64,000 nt of DNA from an uncultured virus (IMG/VR IMGVR_UViG_3300009370_000013) (Duplodnaviria > Heunggongvirae > Uroviricota > Caudoviricetes), in the IMG/VR virus record IMGVR_UViG_3300009370_000013. One strand, 5' to 3'. The position numbers and the translations under genes are program-made. How positions within the stretch are numbered: the first letter of the stretch is position 1; each line of letters opens with the position of its first letter. Of this stretch, positions 1 through 9,106 are shown one piece after another. The notes under the pieces were generated by a model. It did no database searches. It saw only the letters and a program-made list of their open reading frames with translations, and was not told the origin of the DNA.

Positions 1-1
1 A

Positions 2-196
2 ATGGCAACATATTCTACACTTAAAAATATACCTATGATACAACCAACGATTAAGAAATATTTGTGGCGACACGTAAGGTCAAACTTTTTAAGAATAGAC
101 GCAGACGAAATGGCTATTGCTGTTTATCTGCCTATTCAGCAATTTCGCAAAGCACCAGCAAGTAGAGTATGGGCAGACAGTAGGAGAGCAATCTGA
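2..196 (+). CDS. gp2: DNA end protector protein (T4 gp2-like), C-terminal part, truncated by window edge
   Basis: C-terminal motif IKKYLWRHVRSNFLRI...AVYLP.QQF...VWADSRR resembles T4-like gp2; T4-like context. Confidence 0.7.
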   Translation: MATYSTLKNIPMIQPTIKKYLWRHVRSNFLRIDADEMAIAVYLPIQQFRKAPASRVWADSRRAI

Positions 197-203
197 TAGT
201 AAA

Positions 204-344
204 ATGGCAAAGAGAACATTATGGAGAGTTTTGATAGTTAAAATCAGGATGTGGTATGCTGACGTTAGAGGACACCACGGACATAGATGGAACTACGAAC
301 CATCCGAACATTATATGGGCAGACACCCAAAGGATAGGAAATAG
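204..344 (+). CDS. small hypothetical protein (46 aa, MAKRTLWRVL...)
   Basis: ATG at 204 within track ORF 117..344; fills the gap between gp2 and the next gene. Confidence 0.5.
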   Translation: MAKRTLWRVLIVKIRMWYADVRGHHGHRWNYEPSEHYMGRHPKDRK

Positions 345-346
345 AA

Positions 347-1360
347 ATGGCAATATTTAGAGCAGGGAAACGTATCGGTAATTTTGATATCCGAGTAGGA
401 CTTCCAAGAGATAAGTCATTAGATGACGTTGAAGGCGATAAAAGATTAAAAGAAAAATTTATTTCTGGAAATAGAAGCGTAAGTTCCATTAATAGATTTA
501 TGTCTGCTATATCAAAGGGTGAAGGTATTGCTAGAGCAAATAGATTTTTAGTTAGATTTTTTCCACCAAAATTTAAAGTAAAAATTGATAAAGATATTGA
601 CCATCTTGAAACTGCTGATTATCAAGGAAGTACTGGTAAGTACGGCAGTAATTATCATATGGATGAAATGAATAGAAATGTGGAGTTATTTTGTTCTAAA
701 GCAACGTTGCCATCAAGAGATATTAAATCAGAAAATGTTGTAACTTATGGACCTGGTAGACAAATGCCTCAAGCATATCATTTTAATTCAAAGATTGAGT
801 GTACATTTATGGGGGATAAGTATTTAAGACAAAGGGCGTTTTTTGAGGAGTGGCAAAATTTAATGTTTAATTCTAAAACTCACGATTTAACTTACTATGA
901 TAGTTATATAGGTTCTATGGACATTTATCAGTTGGGTATGTATAAAGAAGATAAGGAAACTCCTGAAAATAGGGCAGGAATGTCAGACAATTTAAGAATT
1001 ACCTATGCAATAAGATTGCACGAAGTATATCCAGAAACAATTGGTGAGGTACAATATCAAGCATTAACAGACGATATGATACCTATGGAAATGCCTATAT
1101 CATTTGCATTTAGAACTTGGGAAAATTTAACATTAGACCAAATGGGTAAATCAAATATTGGTAAGACCGAAGCAGGTATGCCACACACTACTACTGATAG
1201 CACGAAAGGTCTTATGGGTATGATTTCTAAATTACCACCAGAGTTAAGACGTGCAGGTAGAGATATAGCTAATAAAATTAGAAGAGATATACCAATTGGA
1301 AGAGCAACAGGAGGAAGAGTATTTCCACCATATGGAAAGAGTTTTCCACCGTTCTTTTAA
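347..1360 (+). CDS. baseplate tail-tube initiator / tail-tube-like protein (gp54/gp19 family)
   Basis: ARANRFLV, FCSKATLPSR, FFEEWQNL, LHEVYPETIG motifs typical of the tube fold; position between gp2 and gp26. Confidence 0.7.
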   Translation: MAIFRAGKRIGNFDIRVGLPRDKSLDDVEGDKRLKEKFISGNRSVSSINRFMSAISKGEGIARANRFLVRFFPPKFKVKIDKDIDHLETADYQGSTGKYGSNYHMDEMNRNVELFCSKATLPSRDIKSENVVTYGPGRQMPQAYHFNSKIECTFMGDKYLRQRAFFEEWQNLMFNSKTHDLTYYDSYIGSMDIYQLGMYKEDKETPENRAGMSDNLRITYAIRLHEVYPETIGEVQYQALTDDMIPMEMPISFAFRTWENLTLDQMGKSNIGKTEAGMPHTTTDSTKGLMGMISKLPPELRRAGRDIANKIRRDIPIGRATGGRVFPPYGKSFPPFF

Positions 1361-1392
1361 TATAATATAATATAATAAAAAAGGAGTAAATT

Positions 1393-2130
1393 ATGGCATT
1401 GCCGATATTAGAAACAGCGACATTTGAGTTGACTTTACCATCTAAAAATGTGAAAGTTAAGTACAGACCTTTTCTTGTAAAAGAAGAGAAAATTTTGTTG
1501 CAAGCGATGGAATCAGAAGACAATAAGGCTTTGATTGACGCATTGAAACAAATAGTACATACTTGTACATTTGGTTTTATAGATGTTGATACATTGCCTA
1601 CCTTTGATTTAGAATATATTTTTTTACAAATAAGGGCAAAATCAGTTGGAGAAAAAGCAACAGTTAAATTGTTGTGTCCAGATGATAGAGAAACTTATGT
1701 TGAAAAAGAAATAGATTTATCTAAAGTTGAGGTACACGTTGATGATGGTCATACAAATAAGATTGTGATTGATGAAACGAAAAAGATTGGGATTATTATG
1801 AGTTATCCTACAATCAATACAGTTGATCCAAAGTTGAGTGTCAAAGGTATGAAGACAGCACAATTATTTGATATGTTAGCAAATTCAATACATCAAATAT
1901 ACGAAGGCGATAAAATGCATTCACCTGCAGATTATACCAAGGAAGAATTAAACAAGTTTATAGAGAGTTTAGACGCAAAAACATACAAAAAGATTAATAC
2001 TTTTTTTGATACTATGCCTAAATTAAAGCAAGAGATAGAATTAGAGAACCCGAAGACAAAGGTCAAGAGTTTAGTGACTTTGCAAGGGTTAACGGATTTT
2101 TTCGTATTGCCCTCTCTCACGAAAGTTTAG
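1393..2130 (+). CDS. gp26: baseplate hub assembly protein (gp26-like)
   Basis: MALP..ETATFELTLPS...KYRPFLVKEEKILL, DLEYIFLQIRAKSVGE, C-terminal GL.DFF; AGGAG RBS. Confidence 0.85.
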   Translation: MALPILETATFELTLPSKNVKVKYRPFLVKEEKILLQAMESEDNKALIDALKQIVHTCTFGFIDVDTLPTFDLEYIFLQIRAKSVGEKATVKLLCPDDRETYVEKEIDLSKVEVHVDDGHTNKIVIDETKKIGIIMSYPTINTVDPKLSVKGMKTAQLFDMLANSIHQIYEGDKMHSPADYTKEELNKFIESLDAKTYKKINTFFDTMPKLKQEIELENPKTKVKSLVTLQGLTDFFVLPSLTKV

Positions 2131-2294
2131 AGAATTACTATCAAGTGAATTTTGCATTAATGCAACATCATAAATATTCATTATCTGAACTAGAACTTAT
2201 GCTGCCTTGGGAGAGGGAAATATATGTGAATTTGTTATCAAACTATATAAAACAAGAAAATGATAAGATGGCGTTGAGAAACGCAGGTAAATAG
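2097..2294 (+). CDS. gp51: baseplate hub assembly catalyst (gp51-like), in the -1 frame relative to gp26; first ATG only at 2160
   Basis: Translated by hand: FFRIALSHESLENYYQVNFALMQHHKYSLSELELMLPWEREIYVNLL...; NF.LMQHHKYSL.ELE.M.PWEREIY is the marine T4-like gp51 signature. Confidence 0.75.
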   Translation, partial: FFRIALSHESLENYYQVNFALMQHHKYSLSELELMLPWEREIYVNLLSNYIKQENDKMALRNAGK

Positions 2295-2306
2295 TAGAGG
2301 AATTAT

Positions 2307-2627
2307 ATGGCAGACGATTTAATAAAAGTAAAAAAGACAACTGAAGAGTATGAACTAAAGAAAAGCGACCTTGTTCCTGATGAAGGAGAAGACGCTGCTA
2401 CTTGGTATAATAAGACAGCAGGTCTATTAGACAAATTTAGGGTTATACCTAGAATGGTAATGTTGGCATATATCTATGCCTTCTATAAATCAGTAACTTG
2501 GTTTATGCAATTACCAGACCCAACCAATTCACAGGCAATGTACATATCAACTATAGTTGGTGCTGGTGCTGCCTTCTTTGGATTATATGTTGGCAAACCA
2601 GGTGCGAAGTTACCTAAAAAGAAATAG
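2307..2627 (+). CDS. small two-TM membrane protein (holin-like topology)
   Basis: Two hydrophobic segments, basic C-terminus KLPKKK, GAGGA RBS. Confidence 0.55.
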   Translation: MADDLIKVKKTTEEYELKKSDLVPDEGEDAATWYNKTAGLLDKFRVIPRMVMLAYIYAFYKSVTWFMQLPDPTNSQAMYISTIVGAGAAFFGLYVGKPGAKLPKKK

Positions 2628-2629
2628 TT

Positions 2630-3082
2630 ATGGCAAAAAATAGATTAGATATATCAGACCAAACGGCAGTAAGTATGCCTATGAAGAACTTAATTGCTAT
2701 AATCGGTGCCGTTGCCGTTGGCGTGTGGGCATATTTCGGTGTGATTGAGCGATTGAATAAATTGGAAACTAATACAACATTATTAGAAAAAGATTTAACA
2801 CAAGCAGAAACAGCTCTAGTTGCTGATATAGAGAAGAACAACGAATTTAGGATCAAGTGGCCGAGAGGTGATTTAGGTTCACCGCCTGCTGATTCCGAGC
2901 AATTTATGTTGATTGAATTTTTAAGTGGACAAGTAGAACAAATCCAAAAAGATTTACAGAATATGATGAACAATGCAGTTAACATTGAGAGGTTGCAGAA
3001 AGATATGGAGAAGGTTCTAGCAGACGTAGAGAAATTAAAGGACAAAATAAGAAGTGTCAAAAACGGAAATACAGGAGGATAA
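2630..3082 (+). CDS. membrane-anchored coiled-coil protein
   Basis: Single TM (LIAIIGAVAVGVWAYFGVI) followed by heptad-like segments. Confidence 0.6.
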   Translation: MAKNRLDISDQTAVSMPMKNLIAIIGAVAVGVWAYFGVIERLNKLETNTTLLEKDLTQAETALVADIEKNNEFRIKWPRGDLGSPPADSEQFMLIEFLSGQVEQIQKDLQNMMNNAVNIERLQKDMEKVLADVEKLKDKIRSVKNGNTGG

Positions 3083-3085
3083 GAT

Positions 3086-3385
3086 ATGGACGCAACAACA
3101 CTAGTGACCATCATCACAATGTTTATTGTGACCAATACTTCAAGCGAATTTGTTAAGTATGATGGACTGATGGATTGTCTTAAAGACAAAAGAAAAATAG
3201 AAAAAATGAAAGATGGTCGTAGAGTTATTTGTGGACCATCTATGGCAGAAATAGATAAAGATGGCAACATTGTCAGTATAAAAAACAAAATGCCTGACCA
3301 ATCTGGTAGTTTAAAACTAGGTGGCACGGCGAAGTCTTTAACAGAAAAGAAAAAAGAAAAAAAGACTAAAGTATTAACGCAATAG
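3086..3385 (+). CDS. hypothetical exported protein with CLxxKRxxE motif
   Basis: GGAGG RBS, hydrophobic N-terminus, two Cys. Confidence 0.55.
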   Translation: MDATTLVTIITMFIVTNTSSEFVKYDGLMDCLKDKRKIEKMKDGRRVICGPSMAEIDKDGNIVSIKNKMPDQSGSLKLGGTAKSLTEKKKEKKTKVLTQ

Positions 3386-3395
3386 GATAGATGAT

Positions 3396-4430
3396 ATGAA
3401 AAAAATATTAATGAGTTTATTAGTTGCTCTATTTTTAGTAGGTTGTAATACAACAAAGAGTATTAAAATAGAACAAGAAGTCGGTCTCTTAAAAACCGTA
3501 CAAGAAAGAGGTTATGTTATTTGTGGAGTTAATGCAGGTCTACCAGGATTTTCTGCTCAAGATGACGCAGGAAACTGGAGTGGTTTAGATGTAGATTTCT
3601 GTAAGGCAGTTGCCGCTGGTATATTTGGTGACGCAAGTAAAGTAGAATTTGTAGGATTAAATGCTAGTCAAAGATTTCCAACATTGGCGTCTGGCAATAT
3701 TGATGTACTTGCAAGAAATACAACGTGGACAATTAGTCGTGATGTTAACTTGATGTTTGAATTTGCAGGTGTTAACTATTATGATGGACAAGGATTCTTG
3801 ATACCTACTGATTTAGATATTAAAACCGCTACAGAATTAGATGGTGCGTATGTATGTATTACAAAAGAAACTACAAGTGAATTAAATTTAAATGATTACT
3901 TTGCAGAACAAAATATGGCATATGTGCCAGTATATGTTGAAGGTAATAAAGACGCAAAGGCAAAACTATTTAATGGTGATTGTGATGTATTCACAACAGA
4001 CGCTTCTGGTTTAGCAAGTGCTAGAGCAGGTGCAGAAGACCCTAGTAAATGGTTAGTATTACCTGAAATTATATCTAAAGAACCATTAGGTCCACTTGTA
4101 AGACAAGGCGACCAAGAGTGGGAAGATGTAATAAGATGGACACATTTCATTATGATAAATGCTGAAGAGGCAGGTATTACAATGTACAATGTAGATTTAA
4201 TGTTAACTTCAAAGAATAAAGAAGTTAAAAGAATATTAGGTGTTGAAGGTTATATCGGTCCTATGTTAGGACTTGGTATGAAATTTGGTTATAATATTAT
4301 CAAACAAGTAGGAAACTATGGGGAATCATTTGAGAGAAATGTAGGACCTAATACTCCACTTGCATTAGAACGAGGATTAAATAATCTTTGGAAAAACGGT
4401 GGCGTAATGTACGTACCACCAATAAGATAG
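3396..4430 (+). CDS. aapJ: general L-amino-acid ABC transporter substrate-binding lipoprotein (AapJ/BztA/YhdW family)
   Basis: RG.VICGVNAGLPGFS, GLDVDFCKAVAA, RNTTWT.SRD, YYDGQGF, PEIISKEPLGP.VRQGD, VGNYGE.FERN, RGLNNLW..GG.MY.PP.R; lipobox LVGC. Confidence 0.9.
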   Translation: MKKILMSLLVALFLVGCNTTKSIKIEQEVGLLKTVQERGYVICGVNAGLPGFSAQDDAGNWSGLDVDFCKAVAAGIFGDASKVEFVGLNASQRFPTLASGNIDVLARNTTWTISRDVNLMFEFAGVNYYDGQGFLIPTDLDIKTATELDGAYVCITKETTSELNLNDYFAEQNMAYVPVYVEGNKDAKAKLFNGDCDVFTTDASGLASARAGAEDPSKWLVLPEIISKEPLGPLVRQGDQEWEDVIRWTHFIMINAEEAGITMYNVDLMLTSKNKEVKRILGVEGYIGPMLGLGMKFGYNIIKQVGNYGESFERNVGPNTPLALERGLNNLWKNGGVMYVPPIR

Positions 4431-4438
4431 GGAGAACT

Positions 4439-4927
4439 ATGTTTAAAAAATTATACGATATGATAGGATTTAGAAACGGTGATACTAAATGGTTATTAAA
4501 GATTTTAGCAGGTTTATTTTTAATTGCAATAGTATTTGGTGTAGTATTGCATAGTACAAGAGCCAATGCAGATTGTACAGGTTGCGGAGATGATGGACAC
4601 CAAATTTGTCCAGTAGAAGGTGCTGACCACGAACACAATAAACCAGAAGTAGTATTTGCAGTATGTGTATTTGCAGATGGTTCATTAATTGACCATAAAG
4701 GTGCAAATAGTATGTCCGATTGCTTAAAGACTAAAAGAGAAGTAGAGAAAAAGTGGAGAAACAAATCTGAAGAAACAGATAGTGTAGAAATAAATGGTAT
4801 CACTTACAAGATAGACGGAGAAAGTTTAGCATTTATGTGTGATTTAGTTGACGCAAGAGTACATCATTATAATGATGGTTCGTGGGAAATTGTAGAAATT
4901 CTAGGCAAACATAAGAAGGACGAATAA
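4439..4927 (+). CDS. hypothetical membrane-anchored Cys-containing protein with CLxxKRxxE motif
   Basis: ATG 4439 with GGAGA RBS; N-terminal TM; SDCLKTKREVEK. Confidence 0.6.
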   Translation: MFKKLYDMIGFRNGDTKWLLKILAGLFLIAIVFGVVLHSTRANADCTGCGDDGHQICPVEGADHEHNKPEVVFAVCVFADGSLIDHKGANSMSDCLKTKREVEKKWRNKSEETDSVEINGITYKIDGESLAFMCDLVDARVHHYNDGSWEIVEILGKHKKDE

Positions 4928-5067
4928 TGATAAACGCAATAAAAAGATGGTGTATTGAAGTTTCAAAAGAACTATGTAATGAAACTGTTAATACAGCAGG
5001 AACTATTTGTGATAAAACAAAGAAAGCAAATGCTGACTTTGTTAAAGCAATAATGGATAGTATCTAA
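4927..5067 (+). CDS. small hypothetical protein (46 aa, MINAIKRWC...)
   Basis: TAATG overlap with the previous stop; open to TAA 5065-5067. Confidence 0.45.
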   Translation: MINAIKRWCIEVSKELCNETVNTAGTICDKTKKANADFVKAIMDSI

Positions 5068-5078
5068 TAGGATAATCA

Positions 5079-7073
5079 ATGGCAGAATCGGTAGTAGTTG
5101 CTGATAACGTAGAGTTAATAGCAAATAATATACAATCTAAAGTAGGCGCAACTCTTATTGGGTTGAGAGGAACTGCTAAAGCAACTACTGATACACAATC
5201 AGAAGGTGCCACAGGCATACTAGACAATATCAAAAAATTACAGACCACAGCAGTAGAGAAACTAACTGAAATTTGGGAAGTGCTTGCTGCTCAATTAAAA
5301 TTTGATGAAAATGAGGCTAGGAGATTAAGAGAAGAAAGAAAAGACCAATTTAAAAAAGCTAAATTTAAAGGTGGAACTGGTAAATCTATAGATGAAACTG
5401 CTGGGGAAGTAGGTGATAACGAAGGTGGAGGTTTATTAGGATGGATTGCTAAAAATCCATTTTTATCTGCTCTCTTTATTACTGGTGTTGGTAGTTGGAT
5501 GACAACTGCCAAAGCATTTTTAGTTAAATTTGGTGGTACATTATTAAGAGGTGGGTTCTATGCTATAGTTGCCAAGATGATAGGTGACGCAATAGTTAAA
5601 AAGATAGGTGCAGAAGAAGGCTCAATGACTGAACAAGCATTTAGTAAATATATACCTATGAGTATATTTGGATTTATGATGACAAGAACTTTACCAGGTG
5701 CGTTGATAGCAGTTGCTGCTACAGGTATGTTTAGTGTAATAGAATATTTAACTGGTAAGAAAAATTTTAAAGACGTATCTGGTTTTGATTGGGGTGCTGC
5801 CTCTTTGTCAGGTGTTGCTGCCACATTTGGTATAGGTTCAATATTAACAATGGTTGGGGCGAAAGGTGGTGCAATTGCAACATTAGGTGGTATGCTTGCC
5901 GCTTGGCCAGTTGTGTTAACAGTTGGAATTGGTGTCGCATTAGGTGTAGGAATAAAATGGTTGGCTGGTAAAATAGGTGAGTATAAAATATCTGTACTTG
6001 ATGATTTAGATGAATTTGGTAAGTTGACTCAAGATGAATTTGAGAAGAGATTAAAAGAACAAAAATCACATTGGTTTGCTAGGATGTTTCCATCATTAGC
6101 AGGTACCGTAGGCATTGATTTAACCGATATGCAAAAAGCGAATATAACAAGTGGTGATATGGTATCTAATATTAAAAAGAAAAAAGAAGTAGACCCTAGA
6201 AATGCAATGATTATAGAAGGTATTGCTGATAATCTTCTTAACTTATCAAATAAAGGATTGAAAGATGTTCTATCAGATAAACATAGAGCTTCCGAACATA
6301 TGGATTTTTTAAATGATATGGAATATTTGATACAATCACAAGCATTTGGTCCTGAAAAAAGTGCTGAATTTTCAAAATTATTGAGTGCTCATAAGAATCA
6401 AATCCAAAAAATGAGTATGGAAATACATACAGAAAATCAGCAAAATCAGAAAAAGACAGCATCCTATGTAAATGATATTATACAAGGGAAGACAGAAGGT
6501 TCATCGGATGAAATGGAAGTTTTAAGGAAAATGAATTTTATGCCAAGATATGAATCAATTTCAGGTTTGGCAGGTTTGGAAGCAGAAAGAATGAAATTTT
6601 TAAGTGATTTAGGATATAAACACGGTATAAAAGAAGGAGAAGCTGCTCCATATAGTCTAAAGGCGACTATGAGTCCCGAGAATTGGGAAAAATTACAAGC
6701 GATGGAACAAGAAATGCATACTATGAGGATATTGAAAAAAGAGTTAGACCGTGATGTAGGTATGCGACTTGGTAAGGACTTTGATTATGAGAAACAAATT
6801 AAATTGTTAGGACTAGAAGATTTTTTAACTCTTTATTATCAGTCGTTAAATGTACAAATTGAAAAAATAGGTAGAAAGTGGAAGTTGATGGAGAACAACC
6901 GAAGTTATCCACAAAATATTGATGCCTCTACTATTGTTAATCAAAGTAATGCAAAGAAAAATAATGTAGTAAATTATACAGGTACTATTTTTGGAACAGG
7001 TAGACATCAACCAGATGTTAATAAACCAAATTCTTTGCTACCACCATCTATGCGCCAGGTTGGTGCCTATTAA
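5079..7073 (+). CDS. probable tape-measure / tail length protein (gp29-like)
   Basis: 664 aa, helical, Gly/Ala-rich hydrophobic core, N-terminal coiled coil; sits in the hub cluster after gp26/gp51. Confidence 0.55.
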   Translation: MAESVVVADNVELIANNIQSKVGATLIGLRGTAKATTDTQSEGATGILDNIKKLQTTAVEKLTEIWEVLAAQLKFDENEARRLREERKDQFKKAKFKGGTGKSIDETAGEVGDNEGGGLLGWIAKNPFLSALFITGVGSWMTTAKAFLVKFGGTLLRGGFYAIVAKMIGDAIVKKIGAEEGSMTEQAFSKYIPMSIFGFMMTRTLPGALIAVAATGMFSVIEYLTGKKNFKDVSGFDWGAASLSGVAATFGIGSILTMVGAKGGAIATLGGMLAAWPVVLTVGIGVALGVGIKWLAGKIGEYKISVLDDLDEFGKLTQDEFEKRLKEQKSHWFARMFPSLAGTVGIDLTDMQKANITSGDMVSNIKKKKEVDPRNAMIIEGIADNLLNLSNKGLKDVLSDKHRASEHMDFLNDMEYLIQSQAFGPEKSAEFSKLLSAHKNQIQKMSMEIHTENQQNQKKTASYVNDIIQGKTEGSSDEMEVLRKMNFMPRYESISGLAGLEAERMKFLSDLGYKHGIKEGEAAPYSLKATMSPENWEKLQAMEQEMHTMRILKKELDRDVGMRLGKDFDYEKQIKLLGLEDFLTLYYQSLNVQIEKIGRKWKLMENNRSYPQNIDASTIVNQSNAKKNNVVNYTGTIFGTGRHQPDVNKPNSLLPPSMRQVGAY

Positions 7074-7382
7074 ATGATAACAATACTAGAAAACGCAAAA
7101 AATAGATTAACAGAATTAACCAATACAAATAGAAAAGTATTTGTTAGACTATCTGTAAAGGGTGGTGGTTGTGCTGGGTTTGGGTATGATTGGTCGTTTG
7201 AAAATGAATCTAAACCAGATGATATTCTTGTTGATGGTATATTATTAGTAGATAAAGTATATGAAATGTATCTATTAGGTATGCAATTAGATTATAAAAA
7301 CGATTTATTTGGTTCTAATTTTGTATTCAATAACCCTAAAGCCAAATCCTCTTGTGGTTGTGGCACATCATTTAGTATTTAA
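7074..7382 (+). CDS. iscA: A-type Fe-S cluster carrier (IscA/SufA/HesB family)
   Basis: RLSVKGGGCAGFGY and FNNPKAKSSCGCGTSF; three conserved Cys. Confidence 0.92.
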   Translation: MITILENAKNRLTELTNTNRKVFVRLSVKGGGCAGFGYDWSFENESKPDDILVDGILLVDKVYEMYLLGMQLDYKNDLFGSNFVFNNPKAKSSCGCGTSFSI

Positions 7383-7806
7383 GACCTAAATTCTTTTCAG
7401 TAAGTAACTTAAACTCCATATTATTATTTACACAATATGCTCTGGCTGCTTGCCATTTTGCCTTATTTTTAATGTAGTTAAATGACTCACGCATAAATGC
7501 TTTTGTCTTTATTTTAGGTTTTTTAGGTTTAACAGTTTGTCTTGATGGTTTAATTTCAATCATATACTTTTTATTCTTTATTGTTTTAATGATGAAGTCT
7601 GGAAAGTATCTATGAAATTTCTTGTCTAATGGATTATAGTATCTGATAGGTAACTCTTCACTTGCCCAAACTAAAACATCAGGATTTTGGTCGCAATAGT
7701 GCATAAACCTACGCTCTAATAGTGACCTATACACTATCATATTAGGGTTGCCTACATACTTTCTAGGGTACGTTGGTCTGTAAATTCCTTTGTAACTCTT
7801 TCTCAT
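7372..7806 (-). CDS. gp4: head completion nuclease (gp4-like)
   Basis: YKG.YRP..P.KYVG, YRSLLERRFM.YCD, WASEE, HRYFPDF, IEIKP, N.AKW.AA. Confidence 0.9.
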   Translation of the reverse strand: MRKSYKGIYRPTYPRKYVGNPNMIVYRSLLERRFMHYCDQNPDVLVWASEELPIRYYNPLDKKFHRYFPDFIIKTIKNKKYMIEIKPSRQTVKPKKPKIKTKAFMRESFNYIKNKAKWQAARAYCVNNNMEFKLLTEKNLGLKY

Positions 7807-7823
7807 ATATTACCTATAAATCA

Positions 7824-7831
7824 TATAAATA
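7824..7831 (+). promoter_or_regulatory. T4-type late promoter TATAAATA for gp48
   Basis: Exact motif 36 nt upstream of ATG 7867. Confidence 0.7.
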
Positions 7832-7838
7832 TTAGAAG

Positions 7839-7846
7839 TATTTATA
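7839..7846 (-). promoter_or_regulatory. T4-type late promoter TATAAATA for gp4
   Basis: tatttata on + strand upstream of the gp4 start. Confidence 0.7.
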
Positions 7847-7866
7847 ACAAGGACCTAAATATACAA

Positions 7867-9105
7867 ATGACAAAAATATCAGAATTCATAAGAAATGGTG
7901 TAGCAAACTTTGTTACTAACACCGCTCTTGGCGGAATGCTCAATCTCAACAAGAATAGTGGTAATAATTCTGGAATGCCTAAACAACTACAAATAAATGC
8001 CTCACCATTTGAAATACCACCTACACCAATAGAGCGTATAACAGCAGACCCTTTAGGGTTTGAAAACATACAATACCCAGCAGACCTTGGTAGTGCTGAA
8101 CTAGGTCACTACATACTATTTTTTACATTAACAAATAGAATGGTTAGTGATAAAGAAGCAAGTATGGATTTAGCATATTCAAAATCATTAGGTCTTGTAA
8201 CAGGTGATACTGGCGAAGGTGATATTAAATATAATGCTCAAGAAAATAAACCAATAGGTTCACCAGCGTTATCCAGCAAATTTGGAACTACAGGTATTGG
8301 CACATATACAAGTACAAGGTCAACTAATTTAAGAACACAATATACCCAAGGAAAAGGTACTAACAAAGTTAAGTATGCTGTACAACAAGTTGCTTTAGAT
8401 AATACAGTATTAACGGAAGTACCAGATGGTCAGATTGTAACTTCGGCGATTGCATTGTATATGCCACCAGATGTTAAGGTATCATACAAGGCAACTTGGG
8501 AAACAGATGACGCTGAACTGGCAGGTGATATAGCAGAAGTAATTAAAGGTGTGAAAAAAGCGGGTACTGTTGGAGAAATGTTTGGTGAAGCAATCAAAGG
8601 TGGTATCGGTGCTGCTACAGGATTTATTAAGAAACAAGGAGGTGAACTTTTAGCAGGTTTTGGGGGTGGTGACGCATTTAAATTAACATCAAAGGCATTT
8701 GGTATGGCAATCAACCCACGAGCAGAAATGTATTATGAAGGACCACAATTTAGACAATTTCAATATAGTTTTAAATTTTGGCCTAGAACCCAGGATGAAT
8801 CTCATAGAGTACAAAATATAATTAAATTATTTAAATATCATATGCACCCAATAACAGATGAAGATTACTATGGTAGGATGTTTAGAATACCATCTGAATT
8901 TGAAATACATTATCTATGTAAAGATGGAGTAAATGAAAAATTAAATAAAATATCAAGATGTGCATTATCAGATTGTGAAGTTAGTTATAATCCAGACGGC
9001 AATCCTAAATTCTTTGAAGATAATTCTCCAGTAAGTTATCAAATAAATTTAACATTTAAAGAATTAGAATATATGACTAAAGATAAAATGGAAAAAGGTT
9101 ACTAA
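7867..9105 (+). CDS. gp48: baseplate tail-tube cap (gp48-like)
   Basis: IALYMP, G.AINP..E..YEGP.FR.F...FKF.PR...E, IIKLFKYHMHP, F.ELE..TK. Confidence 0.85.
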   Translation: MTKISEFIRNGVANFVTNTALGGMLNLNKNSGNNSGMPKQLQINASPFEIPPTPIERITADPLGFENIQYPADLGSAELGHYILFFTLTNRMVSDKEASMDLAYSKSLGLVTGDTGEGDIKYNAQENKPIGSPALSSKFGTTGIGTYTSTRSTNLRTQYTQGKGTNKVKYAVQQVALDNTVLTEVPDGQIVTSAIALYMPPDVKVSYKATWETDDAELAGDIAEVIKGVKKAGTVGEMFGEAIKGGIGAATGFIKKQGGELLAGFGGGDAFKLTSKAFGMAINPRAEMYYEGPQFRQFQYSFKFWPRTQDESHRVQNIIKLFKYHMHPITDEDYYGRMFRIPSEFEIHYLCKDGVNEKLNKISRCALSDCEVSYNPDGNPKFFEDNSPVSYQINLTFKELEYMTKDKMEKGY

Positions 9106-9106
9106 T

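Noticed and set aside
2614..3456. 280 aa minus-strand ORF and the many other antisense ORFs in the track (e.g. 4348..4803, 18945..19337, 28398..28742, 62969..63424)
   Set aside because: Shadows of well-supported genes on the opposite strand, with no motifs or RBS
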